Source: a bacterium (GTDB lineage Bacteria > Patescibacteriota > Minisyncoccia > UBA6257 > GWB1-50-10). Taken from it: a stretch of 32,960 nucleotides of DNA. A program made the translations under genes and the position numbers. The stretch is from assembly GCA_027310235.1 (NCBI GenBank), contig DAIDBF010000049.1, positions 1-32,960 of the forward strand, written 5' to 3'. Below are positions 14,892 to 23,858 of the stretch, in pieces. Each line of letters starts with the position of its first letter. The stretch's first letter is position 1. The notes beneath the pieces are model-generated. The model was given only the letters and a program-made list of their open reading frames with translations, ran no database searches and was not told where the DNA came from.

Positions 14892-15935
14892 ATGCTAAAA
14901 TCTTTTTCAGATATGAAAGAGATAACAATACATGAATTTATAGACAACCTTCTGTCGGATTTTTCCCCGAAGCAGCGGCGGGTAGTCGTCGGGCGTTTTG
15001 GGCTGAAAAATGGCGAGGTGATGACGCTCCAAGCGATCGGTGATGAACTCAAGATCACGAGGGAACGGGTCCGCCAGATCGAGGAACAGGCGATAAAGAA
15101 GCTTCGCGATAAGATAAAAGTTTCCGCTGCGCATATCCTCGAAGTTGCGGAGAAGCACCTGAAGTTGGTCGGAGACGTTCGTCGCGATGATTTGTTTATC
15201 CAGGATCTCATCTTTGCGCTCGGCATCGATTCTTCCGTGAAATATCCGGGGGAAAAGCTGCGGTTCATCCTTTCCGTCGCCGGCGTCCCTTCATTCGCGA
15301 AGGAAGATGAAAAATATAATGCGTACTGGTACTCCGATGAAAAGGCGAAAACAAAATTCCTGGAATTTGTGAAAGAAGTGACGAACTTTTTGAAAACGGG
15401 GAAAAAGCAGGAAATGATCGACAAAAAATTATATCTCATGCACTGCAAAGATTTAATTTCCTGCCACTTGCTTTCAATACCCAAGCATTTCGGAGTGAAC
15501 GTATTCGGCGACTTCGGACTTGCGGTGTGGCCCGAGATTGCACCGAAGACCATTCGCGACAAAGTGTACCTCGTCTTGAAAAAGCACGAGAAACCCCTTC
15601 ACTTTGAAGATATCGCGAAGTACATCAACCGCTACGGCCTCGACAAAAAATCGGCGCACATACAGACGGTTCATAATGAACTTATCAAAGATAAGCGGTT
15701 CGTACTGGTGGGGCGCGGCGTGTATGCGCTCCGCGAGAACGGATTCGAGGCGGGCACGGTACGGGAAGTGATTGCGCGGCTTCTTTCGACGCATGGGCCT
15801 CTTCACTCGACCGAGGTAGTAAACCTGGTAAATCAACAGCGCTTTTTGAAGGAAAATACCATTCTCCTGAATCTCCAGAATCGGCGTCATTTTAAACGGC
15901 TTGACGACGGCCGTTACAAGATACGAGAAGCATAA
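14892..15935 (+). CDS. Sigma-70 region-4-like HTH protein with two C-terminal HARE-HTH/winged-helix-like domains
   Basis: The N-terminus RRVVVGRFGLKNGEVMTLQAIGDELKITRERVRQIEEQAIKKLR is a region 4.2 HTH. The C-terminal PLHFEDIAKYI...FVLVGRGVYALRE and GPLHSTEVVNLV...FKRLDDGRYKI resemble HARE-HTH. The start may instead be ATG 14913, because TTGACC-17-TAAAAT (14874-14901) overlaps the first ATG. Confidence 0.75.
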   Translation: MLKSFSDMKEITIHEFIDNLLSDFSPKQRRVVVGRFGLKNGEVMTLQAIGDELKITRERVRQIEEQAIKKLRDKIKVSAAHILEVAEKHLKLVGDVRRDDLFIQDLIFALGIDSSVKYPGEKLRFILSVAGVPSFAKEDEKYNAYWYSDEKAKTKFLEFVKEVTNFLKTGKKQEMIDKKLYLMHCKDLISCHLLSIPKHFGVNVFGDFGLAVWPEIAPKTIRDKVYLVLKKHEKPLHFEDIAKYINRYGLDKKSAHIQTVHNELIKDKRFVLVGRGVYALRENGFEAGTVREVIARLLSTHGPLHSTEVVNLVNQQRFLKENTILLNLQNRRHFKRLDDGRYKIREA

Positions 15936-15966
15936 CAAAAACCGCGGGACTGTCCCGCGGTTTTCC
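15936..15966 (+). terminator. Intrinsic (bidirectional-type) terminator
   Basis: aaaaaccgcggga-ctg-tcccgcggtttt is a perfect 9-bp GC-rich stem with a 3-nt loop, an A-tract upstream and a T-tract downstream. It begins directly after the TAA stop at 15933-15935. Confidence 0.8.
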
Positions 15967-15999
15967 TTTCTCTCCAAACGCGTTACAATAAGGGAGAAA

Positions 16000-17406
16000 A
16001 TGCTTGATCATTTGCTTCGGGAAATAGGCACTTTTCTTGAAGAACTCTTCAGAAAAGAAGAGGTATGGGTCATTCTCTTTTTTATGGCGATAGGAGGATT
16101 CTTCCTTGTGCCGCGTTTCGGAATAGGGGATGTGATTCTTTACTTTCTGGAAAGTACCTGGTGGTTGTGGGCGTTTCTTATCATCGCTCCGATTGCGAAC
16201 GGCACATGGCTCCACTGGCGGCAGGAGGTATTTATGCATGATATCAAGTGGGTAATTTTCGAGCTTCGCATGCCGCGGCACGTCGAGAAAAGTCCGCAGG
16301 CTATGGAACAGGTATTCGCCGCAATCCATACGCTTAGGAACACCGCGAACGACTTGGAGGAAAAATACAAGGACGGCGAGGTGACGCGGTGGTTCGCATT
16401 CGAGATGGTATCCTTCGAAGGCGAAACCCATTTTTATGTGCGGACGTACGCACGCCTTAAGGGCCTCGTCGAAGCGGCGTTCTTCTCGTACTATCCCGAT
16501 CTTGATATCGTGGAAGTCCCCGACTACATGGAAAAAATTCCCGAGAGTGTCCGTGACGTGTATGAACAAGGATTGGACATGTGGGGAAGCGAGATGCTGC
16601 TCACCAAGGAAGAATATTATCCGATAAAGACCTACGTTGATTTCGAAAGCGAGGCCGATGAGAAAAAATTCGATCCCATCTCGACCTTCCTCGAGGTGTT
16701 TGCGAAACTTGCGAAAGGGGAGGTAGTGGGAGTCCAGATACTTGTCGCACCCGCGGGGGCGGAAGAATGGGTTGATAAATGGGAAGAAGGCGTGAAGAAG
16801 ATGAGGGAGCCGGAGACGAAGAAGAAAAAATTCATGACGCCGCAGGGTCAAGAGCAGGAGTTCGAGTCGTTTATCATGCGTTCGCCGGGACAGACGGACG
16901 TGTTGAAGGCGATCGAGAAAAATCTTTCGAAACCCGCATTCGATACCATCATCCGCTTTGTCTATCTTTCGCCCAAATCGACGTTCTACGACAGCTTCGC
17001 GCGAAGAGGTATCGTGGGGTCGTTCAACCAGTATGGAGCGCTTGATCTGAACTCGTTCATTCAAAACTATGCCTTGAGTACCCGCACGAGAATCTGGAAT
17101 AAGCCCTACGTGTTTCCGAGGACGCGCGGCGAATACCGCAAGGCGCGGCTTCTTCATATGTATCGTGAGCGTACCATTCCTCCGGAAACGGTCATGGGCC
17201 GTATCTTGACCTCGTACTTCTTCAATTGGAATAAGCCATCCCGCTTTGTAAAGATGAATACCGAGTGCCTTGCCTCGCTCTTCCACGTGCCCACGATCAA
17301 TGTGCTGACCGAGCCGCACCTTCGCCATTTGGAGAGTAAGAAAACGGGACCTCCGGCGGGTCTTGCGATTTTCGGCGGAGAGGAAGAGGTAGAACGGTTC
17401 AAATAA
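16000..17406 (+). CDS. Hypothetical membrane protein (two N-terminal TM helices plus a large soluble domain)
   Basis: ATG 16000 follows the terminator, a TACAAT hexamer and AGGGAG. The TM segments are VWVILFFMAIGGFFLV and WWLWAFLIIAPIA. The rest has normal coding composition but no motif I can name. The track start at 15901 would read through the terminator. Confidence 0.75.
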   Translation: MLDHLLREIGTFLEELFRKEEVWVILFFMAIGGFFLVPRFGIGDVILYFLESTWWLWAFLIIAPIANGTWLHWRQEVFMHDIKWVIFELRMPRHVEKSPQAMEQVFAAIHTLRNTANDLEEKYKDGEVTRWFAFEMVSFEGETHFYVRTYARLKGLVEAAFFSYYPDLDIVEVPDYMEKIPESVRDVYEQGLDMWGSEMLLTKEEYYPIKTYVDFESEADEKKFDPISTFLEVFAKLAKGEVVGVQILVAPAGAEEWVDKWEEGVKKMREPETKKKKFMTPQGQEQEFESFIMRSPGQTDVLKAIEKNLSKPAFDTIIRFVYLSPKSTFYDSFARRGIVGSFNQYGALDLNSFIQNYALSTRTRIWNKPYVFPRTRGEYRKARLLHMYRERTIPPETVMGRILTSYFFNWNKPSRFVKMNTECLASLFHVPTINVLTEPHLRHLESKKTGPPAGLAIFGGEEEVERFK

Positions 17407-17412
17407 TCAGCT

Positions 17413-17955
17413 ATGGGTTCATTTTTTTCAGGCATCGGTAATTTTTTCACCAGTTTCCCATGGGAGGGACTTTTCTCGGTTGCGCGAGTGGTGTTTATTG
17501 TCCTTGATATACTCCTCCTTGTCGCATTTTGTTTTGCGGCGTGGAAGGCATGGAAATTTCGCCCCGATCTCGAGATGAACTTCAGGGGCGGGATAAAAGA
17601 AAAGAAGGAAAAGAAAGCGCTTCCCGTCGATCGTGCGCGTGTAAAAAATCATTGGGAGAAAATCAAAAAGGATGCGGTAAGCGCGCCGCCGCACTCCATG
17701 AAACTCGGAGTGATCGCCGCAGATAATCTCACGGATTCGGTGTTACAGACCATAGGGCTTCCCGGTGAACACATGGCGGATCGTCTTCAAGAACTCGATC
17801 TTGAAGAGCTCGAAACGATCGAGGATCTTTGGAGGGCGCATAAGATACGAAATCAGCTTGTGCATACGCCCGGGTTCGAAATCTCAAAAAAGGAAGGAGA
17901 AGAAATGCTCGACGCGTATGAGGCGTTTTTAAAAGAATTGGGAGCGCTTCAATAA
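17413..17955 (+). CDS. Small membrane-anchored protein with a HEPN-like (DUF4145-like) C-terminal domain
   Basis: An N-terminal TM segment (VARVVFIVLDILLLVAFCFAAW) is followed by a basic linker. The C-terminus ...ADRLQELDLEELETIEDLWRAHKIRNQLVHTPG contains an R-x4-H motif (17848-17865) in a helical context like HEPN/DUF4145. The assignment is tentative. Confidence 0.6.
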   Translation: MGSFFSGIGNFFTSFPWEGLFSVARVVFIVLDILLLVAFCFAAWKAWKFRPDLEMNFRGGIKEKKEKKALPVDRARVKNHWEKIKKDAVSAPPHSMKLGVIAADNLTDSVLQTIGLPGEHMADRLQELDLEELETIEDLWRAHKIRNQLVHTPGFEISKKEGEEMLDAYEAFLKELGALQ

Positions 17956-18080
17956 TTTTTTAATTTACAATTTGAAATTTTTATTCAATTTTAAATGATT
18001 TAAGTTTAAATTTTTAAAACATTATAACATTAGGATTTGATTAAAAATTAAAAATTTTGAATTAAAAATTATCGTCTATT
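17956..18080. promoter_or_regulatory. Extreme AT-rich spacer (about 125 nt) with repeated ttga(a)ttaaaaatta units
   Basis: Only a handful of G/C occur in 125 nt, against a background that looks close to balanced in GC by eye. A near-direct repeat occurs at 18036-18050 and 18056-18071. The spacer lies immediately upstream of the ATPase gene. Confidence 0.5.
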
Positions 18081-19526
18081 ATGCCTCGCGAATCAAAACT
18101 GCAAATTATCAAATATGCTCCTCCGCCGCCGGAGCTGCCGATCTACGGGCAAGTTGACCCGAAGGACGTGTCGTTTATAGGGAGAACCAATTACGTCGCC
18201 GCGCTTGAGCGGAAGAATTTCATCTTTGGCATCAAACGCGTCGACAGAAGAAGGCACGCGTACATCATCGGGAAAAGCGGCGTCGGAAAATCGAAGCTCT
18301 TGGAACTTTTTACGCGCCAGGATATCGCCTATGGCCACGGACTTTGCCTTATCGATCCGCACGGCGAAACGATCGACGACATCCTTCCGTTTATCCCAAA
18401 GGAACGCATTGATGATGTGTGCATCATCGATCCTTCCGACATTAATTACCCCGTATCCTTCAACCCGCTTGCAAACATCGATCCCTCTTTCAAACATCAG
18501 CTTACCCAAGGTCTTATTGAAGTCATGGAAAAGCAGTTCGGTGCGAACTGGACGCCGCGGCTCGAGCACGTATTCCGCTTTACCTGTCTCGCGCTTCTCG
18601 ATTATCCGCATGCCACCATGCGCGGCATGATCTCGATGTTGACCGATAGAAACTACCGCCAAAAAGTAGTGGAATATATCGAGGACGACATGGTAAAACG
18701 CTTCTGGGCGATCGAGTTTGCCGACTGGTCGGAAAAGTTCGACACGGAGGCCATCATCCCGCTTGTAAACAAGCTCGGACAGTTCCTTTCGGATCCGATG
18801 CTTCGGAACATCTTCGGGCAGAAAGAAAACAAGGTAAAACTCGAAGAGTTGATGCAGGAGAAGAAGATCATTCTCATCAATCTTTCGAAGGGGAAGATCG
18901 GAGAAGAAAATTCAAGTTTCTTCGGTTCGATGTTCATCACGAAAATTAAGCAAGCCGGCATGGCGCGCGCCGCGCTTCCAACCTCCGAACGGCACGACTA
19001 CTACGTGTATGTGGACGAGTTCCAGAATCTCGTAACCGATACGTTTGAAAACCTTTTGTCCGAGGCGCGCAAGTACGGATTGTGTCTTACAGTCGCGCAT
19101 CAGTATGTGGGGCAACTCTTGCCGAAGGTAGAAGCCGCCGTTCTGGGAAATACCGGAACGATTATCATTTTCCGCGTAGGCGGCGAAGATGCCGTGAAAC
19201 TGAAACCGGAGATGGCGCCCATCTTCGATATTAAGGATATGATCAACCTCGGTATGGGTCAGATTTATATCAAGATGACGATTGATGGCGAGACGTACGA
19301 TCCATTTTCCGCAGAGACGCTGAAAGTGCTCCCGCCGACGCATCCCTCATATAAGGAAGAAATCGTCGCGCGATCGCGCGAGAAGTATTCAATCTCCGCG
19401 GATGCGGCAAAGCGGCTCATCGCGGAAGAGGAAGAAGGAATTTTCCGAAGTGCCCAGGAAAAGGCGGCGATCACTGGCAAACCGCAGGCGGCGGCCGGAA
19501 ACGATACTCCAGAACCACTCATATAG
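18081..19526 (+). CDS. Soluble VirD4/TraD/TraG (type IV coupling protein)-like P-loop ATPase, paralogue 1
   Basis: It has Walker A IIGKSGVGKS, Walker B YYVYVDEFQN, then LLSEARKYGLCLTVAHQYVGQL, matching the T4CP-type pattern DE..L....L.E.RK.G....HQ...QL. There is no N-terminal TM segment. Confidence 0.8.
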   Translation: MPRESKLQIIKYAPPPPELPIYGQVDPKDVSFIGRTNYVAALERKNFIFGIKRVDRRRHAYIIGKSGVGKSKLLELFTRQDIAYGHGLCLIDPHGETIDDILPFIPKERIDDVCIIDPSDINYPVSFNPLANIDPSFKHQLTQGLIEVMEKQFGANWTPRLEHVFRFTCLALLDYPHATMRGMISMLTDRNYRQKVVEYIEDDMVKRFWAIEFADWSEKFDTEAIIPLVNKLGQFLSDPMLRNIFGQKENKVKLEELMQEKKIILINLSKGKIGEENSSFFGSMFITKIKQAGMARAALPTSERHDYYVYVDEFQNLVTDTFENLLSEARKYGLCLTVAHQYVGQLLPKVEAAVLGNTGTIIIFRVGGEDAVKLKPEMAPIFDIKDMINLGMGQIYIKMTIDGETYDPFSAETLKVLPPTHPSYKEEIVARSREKYSISADAAKRLIAEEEEGIFRSAQEKAAITGKPQAAAGNDTPEPLI

Positions 19527-19542
19527 ATTTCTCCTAAACCCA

Positions 19543-19662
19543 GTAGTGAAAACTCGATTGTGTATTGCCCCTCTTTTCCTCGATTTATTTCATATCTCCA
19601 CAAAGGCGTAAAATAATTAAGAAGATTCAAGCATCAAAAACAAATTATCGAGTTTCTACTAC
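19543..19662 (+). repeat. Inverted-repeat element copy 2
   Basis: The 16-nt termini are identical to copy 1 (19543-19558 and 19647-19662). The stem is extended by ccca/tggg. The 88-nt interior is unrelated to that of copy 1. Confidence 0.6.
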
Positions 19663-19694
19663 TGGGAAAGGTCGCTAGTTTAAAAGTAAATTAT

Positions 19695-20000
19695 ATGGTT
19701 CTCATTTATACCACGTGTAAAAATGAAGAAGAGGGAAAGAAACTCGCAAAACTGATTATCGAGCATCATATGGCCTCGTGCGTGAACGTGTGGCCCATTC
19801 AGTCGGTCTATCGCTGGGAAGGGGAGATCAAGGAGGACCAGGAGGCCGGGGTTCTTGTAAAGACGCTCGAGTCGAAACTGCAGCCGATTGAAGATCTGAT
19901 CATGCAGAATCACGCGTATGTCACTCCTTTTATAGGGGCTGTCGATGTGCGTCGTATCAACCATGCCTACAAGGAGTGGATGTCGGAGGTGGTCCGGTAG
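19695..20000 (+). CDS. cutA: Divalent-cation tolerance protein CutA
   Basis: 101 aa with the typical CutA1 pattern: VLIYTTC.....A..LA..I.....ASCVN..P..S.Y.W.G.I......L..KT. Confidence 0.85.
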   Translation: MVLIYTTCKNEEEGKKLAKLIIEHHMASCVNVWPIQSVYRWEGEIKEDQEAGVLVKTLESKLQPIEDLIMQNHAYVTPFIGAVDVRRINHAYKEWMSEVVR

Positions 20001-20028
20001 TTGCATTTTTTGGAAGTTGTGATATAAT
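20001..20028 (+). promoter_or_regulatory. Candidate promoter with extended -10
   Basis: TTGCAT (20001-20006), a 16-nt spacer, then TGaTATAAT (20020-20028). The ATG at 20041 is 12 nt downstream. Confidence 0.5.
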
Positions 20029-20040
20029 ATAACCATTGAA

Positions 20041-20223
20041 ATGCCACTCTGGCTCATTATTGTTGTAGCGTTAGTTATTGCATACACGGTCTACTCGATT
20101 GTGAAGGGTCTCACACTCACCTTCAGATGTAGGAGACTTCTGAGGCGTCACCGCATGCTCTTAGGAGAGAAAGTGGAGGAACTCGAAGAAGATAGTGACA
20201 GCGGTGACTCGGGAGGATTATAG
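20041..20223 (+). CDS. Small single-TM protein with basic then acidic tail
   Basis: It reads MPLWLIIVVALVIAYTVYSIV followed by RCRRLLRRHR and EELEEDSDSGDSGG. A promoter lies directly upstream. Confidence 0.55.
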   Translation: MPLWLIIVVALVIAYTVYSIVKGLTLTFRCRRLLRRHRMLLGEKVEELEEDSDSGDSGGL

Positions 20224-20285
20224 AGAAAAAATAGGAGTCGCTTCTTTCATAGGAAAGAGCGGAGTTTGCTTCGTAGTATTTTGGC

Positions 20286-20307
20286 AGGAGGTTAATCCTC
20301 CTTTTTT
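20286..20307 (+). terminator. Hairpin plus T-tract, a likely intrinsic terminator
   Basis: aggagg-ttaat-cctcct is followed by tttttg. A near-identical hairpin (aaggagg-ttaaa-cctcctt) occurs at 9544-9562. Confidence 0.5.
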
Positions 20308-20333
20308 GTTTGTGGCTGTCGACAGGTTATAAT
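20306..20333 (+). promoter_or_regulatory. Candidate promoter giving a leaderless array transcript
   Basis: TTGTTT (20306-20311), a 16-nt spacer, then TATAAT (20328-20333). ATG 20340 is 6 nt after the -10 hexamer and has no SD. Confidence 0.45.
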
Positions 20334-20339
20334 AATCAG

Positions 20340-22061
20340 ATGCAATCGACTGAAAATATCTGCGTTACTTGCAATCTTCATTTTGAGGTTCTGCCCGACG
20401 ACGCGGTCTTTTACGAAAAAATCGGAGTACCTATCCCGCGATCGTGTCCTTTATGTCGTGCGCGGCACCGACTGACGTTTCGAAACGAACGATCGTTCTA
20501 CAAGAGAAAATGCGATCGATGCGGGAAAGAAAATGTCTCGATGTATAGTTCGAACAAACCGTTCAGAGTGTGGTGTCATGAGTGCTGGTTCTCGGATGCG
20601 TGGGATGCAAAAGATTTCGGGATCTCGTACGACTCCTCGAAACCGTTTTTGGATCAGTTCGGCGCACTTTTGAATACGGTGCCGAAAGTAGGTCTTATGT
20701 ACGAACGGAGCGTGAACTCGGAGTATGTGAATATCTCAGCCGACAACAAGAGCTGCTACATGATTATCGAGTCCTCGAATAATGAGGACTGCACGCATTG
20801 TTACTGGATTCAGGAGTGTCGCAACCTGACGGACGTTTCGTTCGCTTCGAAGACCGAACTCTCATACGAAAGCGACGACTGCTACAAGTCCTACAAACTT
20901 TTCTACAGTAAGGGATGTCACGATTCTCACGACGGATATTTTCTTCTCGATTGCCGCGGGTGCTCCGATTGCATCGGGTGCGTGAACTTGAGGAATACGC
21001 AATACCACGTGTTCAACAAGCCACTCTCGCGGGAGGAGTACGAGGCGTTCAAACAAAAAGTGCGTCTCGATACATGGAGTGGCAAAGAAAAAATACGAAA
21101 GCAATTCGAAGAGTTCATCGCGACGCAACCGAGAAGGTTCGGCGAGGTTTACAATGCGCCGAACTCGTCGGGAAACTACATCAAGGATTCGAAAAACTGC
21201 CGTTCCTGCTTTCATTGCTATGACTCCGAGGACTGCGCGTACGGCGTGCACGTGTGGCGGAACGCGAAGGATTGCATGGATTCCGATACGGCGGGAAGGA
21301 ATGCCGCGCTCGTCTACAACTCGATCAATGCGGGTATCGATACCTCCCATTATATAAGCTGTGCGGTGTGTTGGTCGTGCAGTTTTATGGAGTATTCGTC
21401 ATACTGCTTCAACTCCAATCACTGTTTCGGGTGTGTGGGATTAAGAAAGAAGGATTACTGTATTTTGAACAAGCAGTACTCCAAGGAAGAGTACGAAGAG
21501 AAAAGAGAAAAAATTATTGCGGAAATGAGGCATTCCGGGGCGTACGGCGAGTTTTTCCCCGTCGGAATGAGCACCTTCGGGTATAACGAAAGTGCCGCGC
21601 AGGACCAGTTTCCGCTTACGAAGGAAAAGGCGCTCACGCTCGGATTTTCGTGGGAAGACACTCCGCGCGGAACATACGGGAAAGAAACCATTTCGTGGGA
21701 GGCGATCCCTGATTCGATCCGTGAAATCAAAATTGACGTGTCGAAAGAAATTTTCGCGTGTGTCACGTGTAAAAAGAACTTCAGGATTATCCCGAGCGAG
21801 TTCGAATTTTATAAGCACCTTGAGATTCCTTTACCGAGAGAATGTCCGGATTGTAGACATTTAAGAAGATTCCGTGCACGAGGACCGAACCGACTCTTTG
21901 AGCCGCGGCAGTGCGCGTGCGATTACAAGGTGTATAAGAACTCGACGGTACACCTTCATCATCGTGAAGGGAGATGTCCCAATACGTTTCAGTCGAATTA
22001 TCCCCCGGACGCGAAAGAAATTTTATACTGTGAATCATGTTACCAAACTGAGGTAGTGTGA
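20340..22061 (+). CDS. Cys-rich multi-zinc-ribbon repeat protein, array member g1 (B-like subtype)
   Basis: All family motifs are present: the N-terminal CVTC...FYEKIGVPIPRSCPLCR, then CDRCGK...CHECWFSDAW, two C..C.GC..LR..Y...N caps, YGEFFP..YNESAAQDQFP, the C-terminal CVTCKKNFRIIPSEFEFYKHLEIPLPRECPDCR, and the terminal YCESCYQTEVV. I preferred ATG 20340 over the track's TTG 20310. Confidence 0.9.
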   Translation: MQSTENICVTCNLHFEVLPDDAVFYEKIGVPIPRSCPLCRARHRLTFRNERSFYKRKCDRCGKENVSMYSSNKPFRVWCHECWFSDAWDAKDFGISYDSSKPFLDQFGALLNTVPKVGLMYERSVNSEYVNISADNKSCYMIIESSNNEDCTHCYWIQECRNLTDVSFASKTELSYESDDCYKSYKLFYSKGCHDSHDGYFLLDCRGCSDCIGCVNLRNTQYHVFNKPLSREEYEAFKQKVRLDTWSGKEKIRKQFEEFIATQPRRFGEVYNAPNSSGNYIKDSKNCRSCFHCYDSEDCAYGVHVWRNAKDCMDSDTAGRNAALVYNSINAGIDTSHYISCAVCWSCSFMEYSSYCFNSNHCFGCVGLRKKDYCILNKQYSKEEYEEKREKIIAEMRHSGAYGEFFPVGMSTFGYNESAAQDQFPLTKEKALTLGFSWEDTPRGTYGKETISWEAIPDSIREIKIDVSKEIFACVTCKKNFRIIPSEFEFYKHLEIPLPRECPDCRHLRRFRARGPNRLFEPRQCACDYKVYKNSTVHLHHREGRCPNTFQSNYPPDAKEILYCESCYQTEVV

Positions 22062-22094
22062 TGAGTATCAAGTAGTTAGTATTAAGTATCAAGT

Positions 22095-23858
22095 ATGCAA
22101 GAGACGAAACAGTGTCAGAATTGCAAGAATGAGTTTGTCATCGAACCGAACGATTTCTTATTTTACGAGCGCATACAAGTACCGCCGCCGACGTTTTGCC
22201 CGGAATGCAGGGAGCAGAGAAGAATCGCCTGGAGAAACGAGCGTGCGCTCTATAAGAGAAAATGCGACTTGTGCGGCGAGTCGGTCGTCTCGCGTGTCTC
22301 GCCAGACAAACCATATCCGATGTACTGCAAGAAATGCTGGTGGGGCGACACGTGGAGCCCCTTCTCTTACGGGAGGGAGTATGACTTCTCGCGTCCCTTT
22401 TTCGAGCAGTTCAAGGAGCTCCTGTATGCGACGCCGCATGTCTCGATCCTGAACCTGAATACCGTAAACAGCGAGTGGGTAAATCAGGAAACCGACGACA
22501 AGAACTGCTATCTGAACGTGGGCGGGCATTACAACGAGGATTCCGCCTACAACACCTACTCCCTTTACACCAAGGATTCTCTCGACAACTTCTGGCTTTT
22601 GAACGGCGAGCTCGCATACGAAAACATGAACTGCGAGAAGTGCTACCGCATTCTAGGATCGAGGGATTGCTCCGATTCGCAAAACATCGCCTTCTCCTTC
22701 GATTGTAGGAACTGCTCGGACTGTCTCGGATGCGCGGGACTCAGAAACAAACAATACTACATCTTCAATGAGTCGCATTCGAAGGAGTCGTACGAGAAGT
22801 TTTTGGAAGAACACCCACTGAGTTCATATAAGCATTTTTGCGAATTACGTGCCCGCGCGGCAGTATTTTGGAACACCATTCCTCATCGTTTCGCGTCCAT
22901 CCTAAGATCAAGTGAGGTGAGTGGAAACCACATCACCAATTCGAAGCGAGTATTCAACTCCTGGGACGTAGAAGACAGCGAGGATGCGAAGTACATCTAC
23001 ATCGGAGGATGGCTTCGCGACAGCTACGATGAGAGTGCGCATGGGGCGTCCGAGTTGAGTTATGAGTGCGCAAGCGGCGGGGGGGTATATGATTCGAAGT
23101 TCTGCGTTTTCTGCATGAGCGGCGATCCTTTGAAAAAGATACACTCGTCCGATATTGAGTATTGCTACTCCATAATCGACAGCAAAAACTGTTTCGGGTG
23201 CGCCAATTTGAGAAACGGGGAGTATTGTATTTTGAACAAGAAGTATACGAAAGAGGAGTACGAGGCGCTTCTTCCGAAGATACGACAGCATATGATGGAG
23301 ATGCCGTATCAAGGGAAGAATGGACGGGAGTACCGATACGGAGAATTTTTCCCGATTGAGTTTGCCCCTTATGGTTATAACGAGACCGCGGCGCAGGACT
23401 ACTATCCGCTCGCGAAGGAAGAAGCGATCGAAAAAGGATATTCGTGGTGCGATTACGAGTCGGACGCGAAGTACGAATTTTCGGACTATACGATTCCGGA
23501 CGATATCAAAGACGTGAAAGACGATATTCTTCAGAAAATTCTGAAGTGCGAAGTGTCGTGGAAACCCTATCGCCTCGTTCCTATGGAACTGGAGTTTTAT
23601 AGGAGAATGAACCTCCCGATTCCTCGCGTCTCGCCGCTCGAGCGTCATAATGCGAGAATGAGGAAACTTCTTCCGCGTAAGCTTTTTGAAAGAACATGTG
23701 AATGTAACGGATCATCTTCGGAACGCGGCGGATATAAGAATCTCACCTCCCACGTTCACGGTGTGGGCAGGTGTCCGAATGCGGTGAAAACGCCTTACGC
23801 CCCCGATCGGGGAGAAATCGTGTACTGTGAATTATGTTACCAAGCCGAGGTGGCATAG
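22095..23858 (+). CDS. Cys-rich multi-zinc-ribbon repeat protein, array member g2 (A subtype)
   Basis: 587 aa. The head is MQETKQCQNCKNEFVIEPNDFLFYERIQVPPPTFCPECREQRR. The A-type tail is RTCEC...HVHGVGRCPN...PDRGEIVYCELCYQAEVA. The C-terminal ribbon ligands are lost (KCEVSWKPYRL...RVSPLER). Confidence 0.9.
   Translation: MQETKQCQNCKNEFVIEPNDFLFYERIQVPPPTFCPECREQRRIAWRNERALYKRKCDLCGESVVSRVSPDKPYPMYCKKCWWGDTWSPFSYGREYDFSRPFFEQFKELLYATPHVSILNLNTVNSEWVNQETDDKNCYLNVGGHYNEDSAYNTYSLYTKDSLDNFWLLNGELAYENMNCEKCYRILGSRDCSDSQNIAFSFDCRNCSDCLGCAGLRNKQYYIFNESHSKESYEKFLEEHPLSSYKHFCELRARAAVFWNTIPHRFASILRSSEVSGNHITNSKRVFNSWDVEDSEDAKYIYIGGWLRDSYDESAHGASELSYECASGGGVYDSKFCVFCMSGDPLKKIHSSDIEYCYSIIDSKNCFGCANLRNGEYCILNKKYTKEEYEALLPKIRQHMMEMPYQGKNGREYRYGEFFPIEFAPYGYNETAAQDYYPLAKEEAIEKGYSWCDYESDAKYEFSDYTIPDDIKDVKDDILQKILKCEVSWKPYRLVPMELEFYRRMNLPIPRVSPLERHNARMRKLLPRKLFERTCECNGSSSERGGYKNLTSHVHGVGRCPNAVKTPYAPDRGEIVYCELCYQAEVA

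Noticed and set aside
15901-15999. Track start of the 501-aa ORF, overlapping the end of the upstream gene
   Set aside because: The first 33 codons would read straight through a strong intrinsic terminator hairpin. ATG 16000 has its own -10-like hexamer and SD.
15892-17328. 478-aa minus-strand ORF, one of the longest in the ORF track
   Set aside because: It lies antisense to the 16000-17406 gene. Its translation is Arg/His/Phe/Leu-rich with no TM segments or motif structure. The + strand product has clean TM helices and normal composition, and it follows a terminator, a -10 and an SD. This is a shadow ORF.
14753-19662. CRISPR-like interpretation of the repeated gtagtgaaaactcgat / atcgagtttctactac motifs
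   Set aside because: The repeats are inverted rather than direct. They occur as two isolated pairs 4.8 kb apart with genes between them, and no cas genes are present.
20310-20339. TTG start giving MWLSTGYNNQ extension on array gene g1
   Set aside because: The extension overlaps the T-tract of the upstream hairpin and the putative -35/-10. All paralogues start 3-8 residues before the first C..C, as ATG 20340 does.
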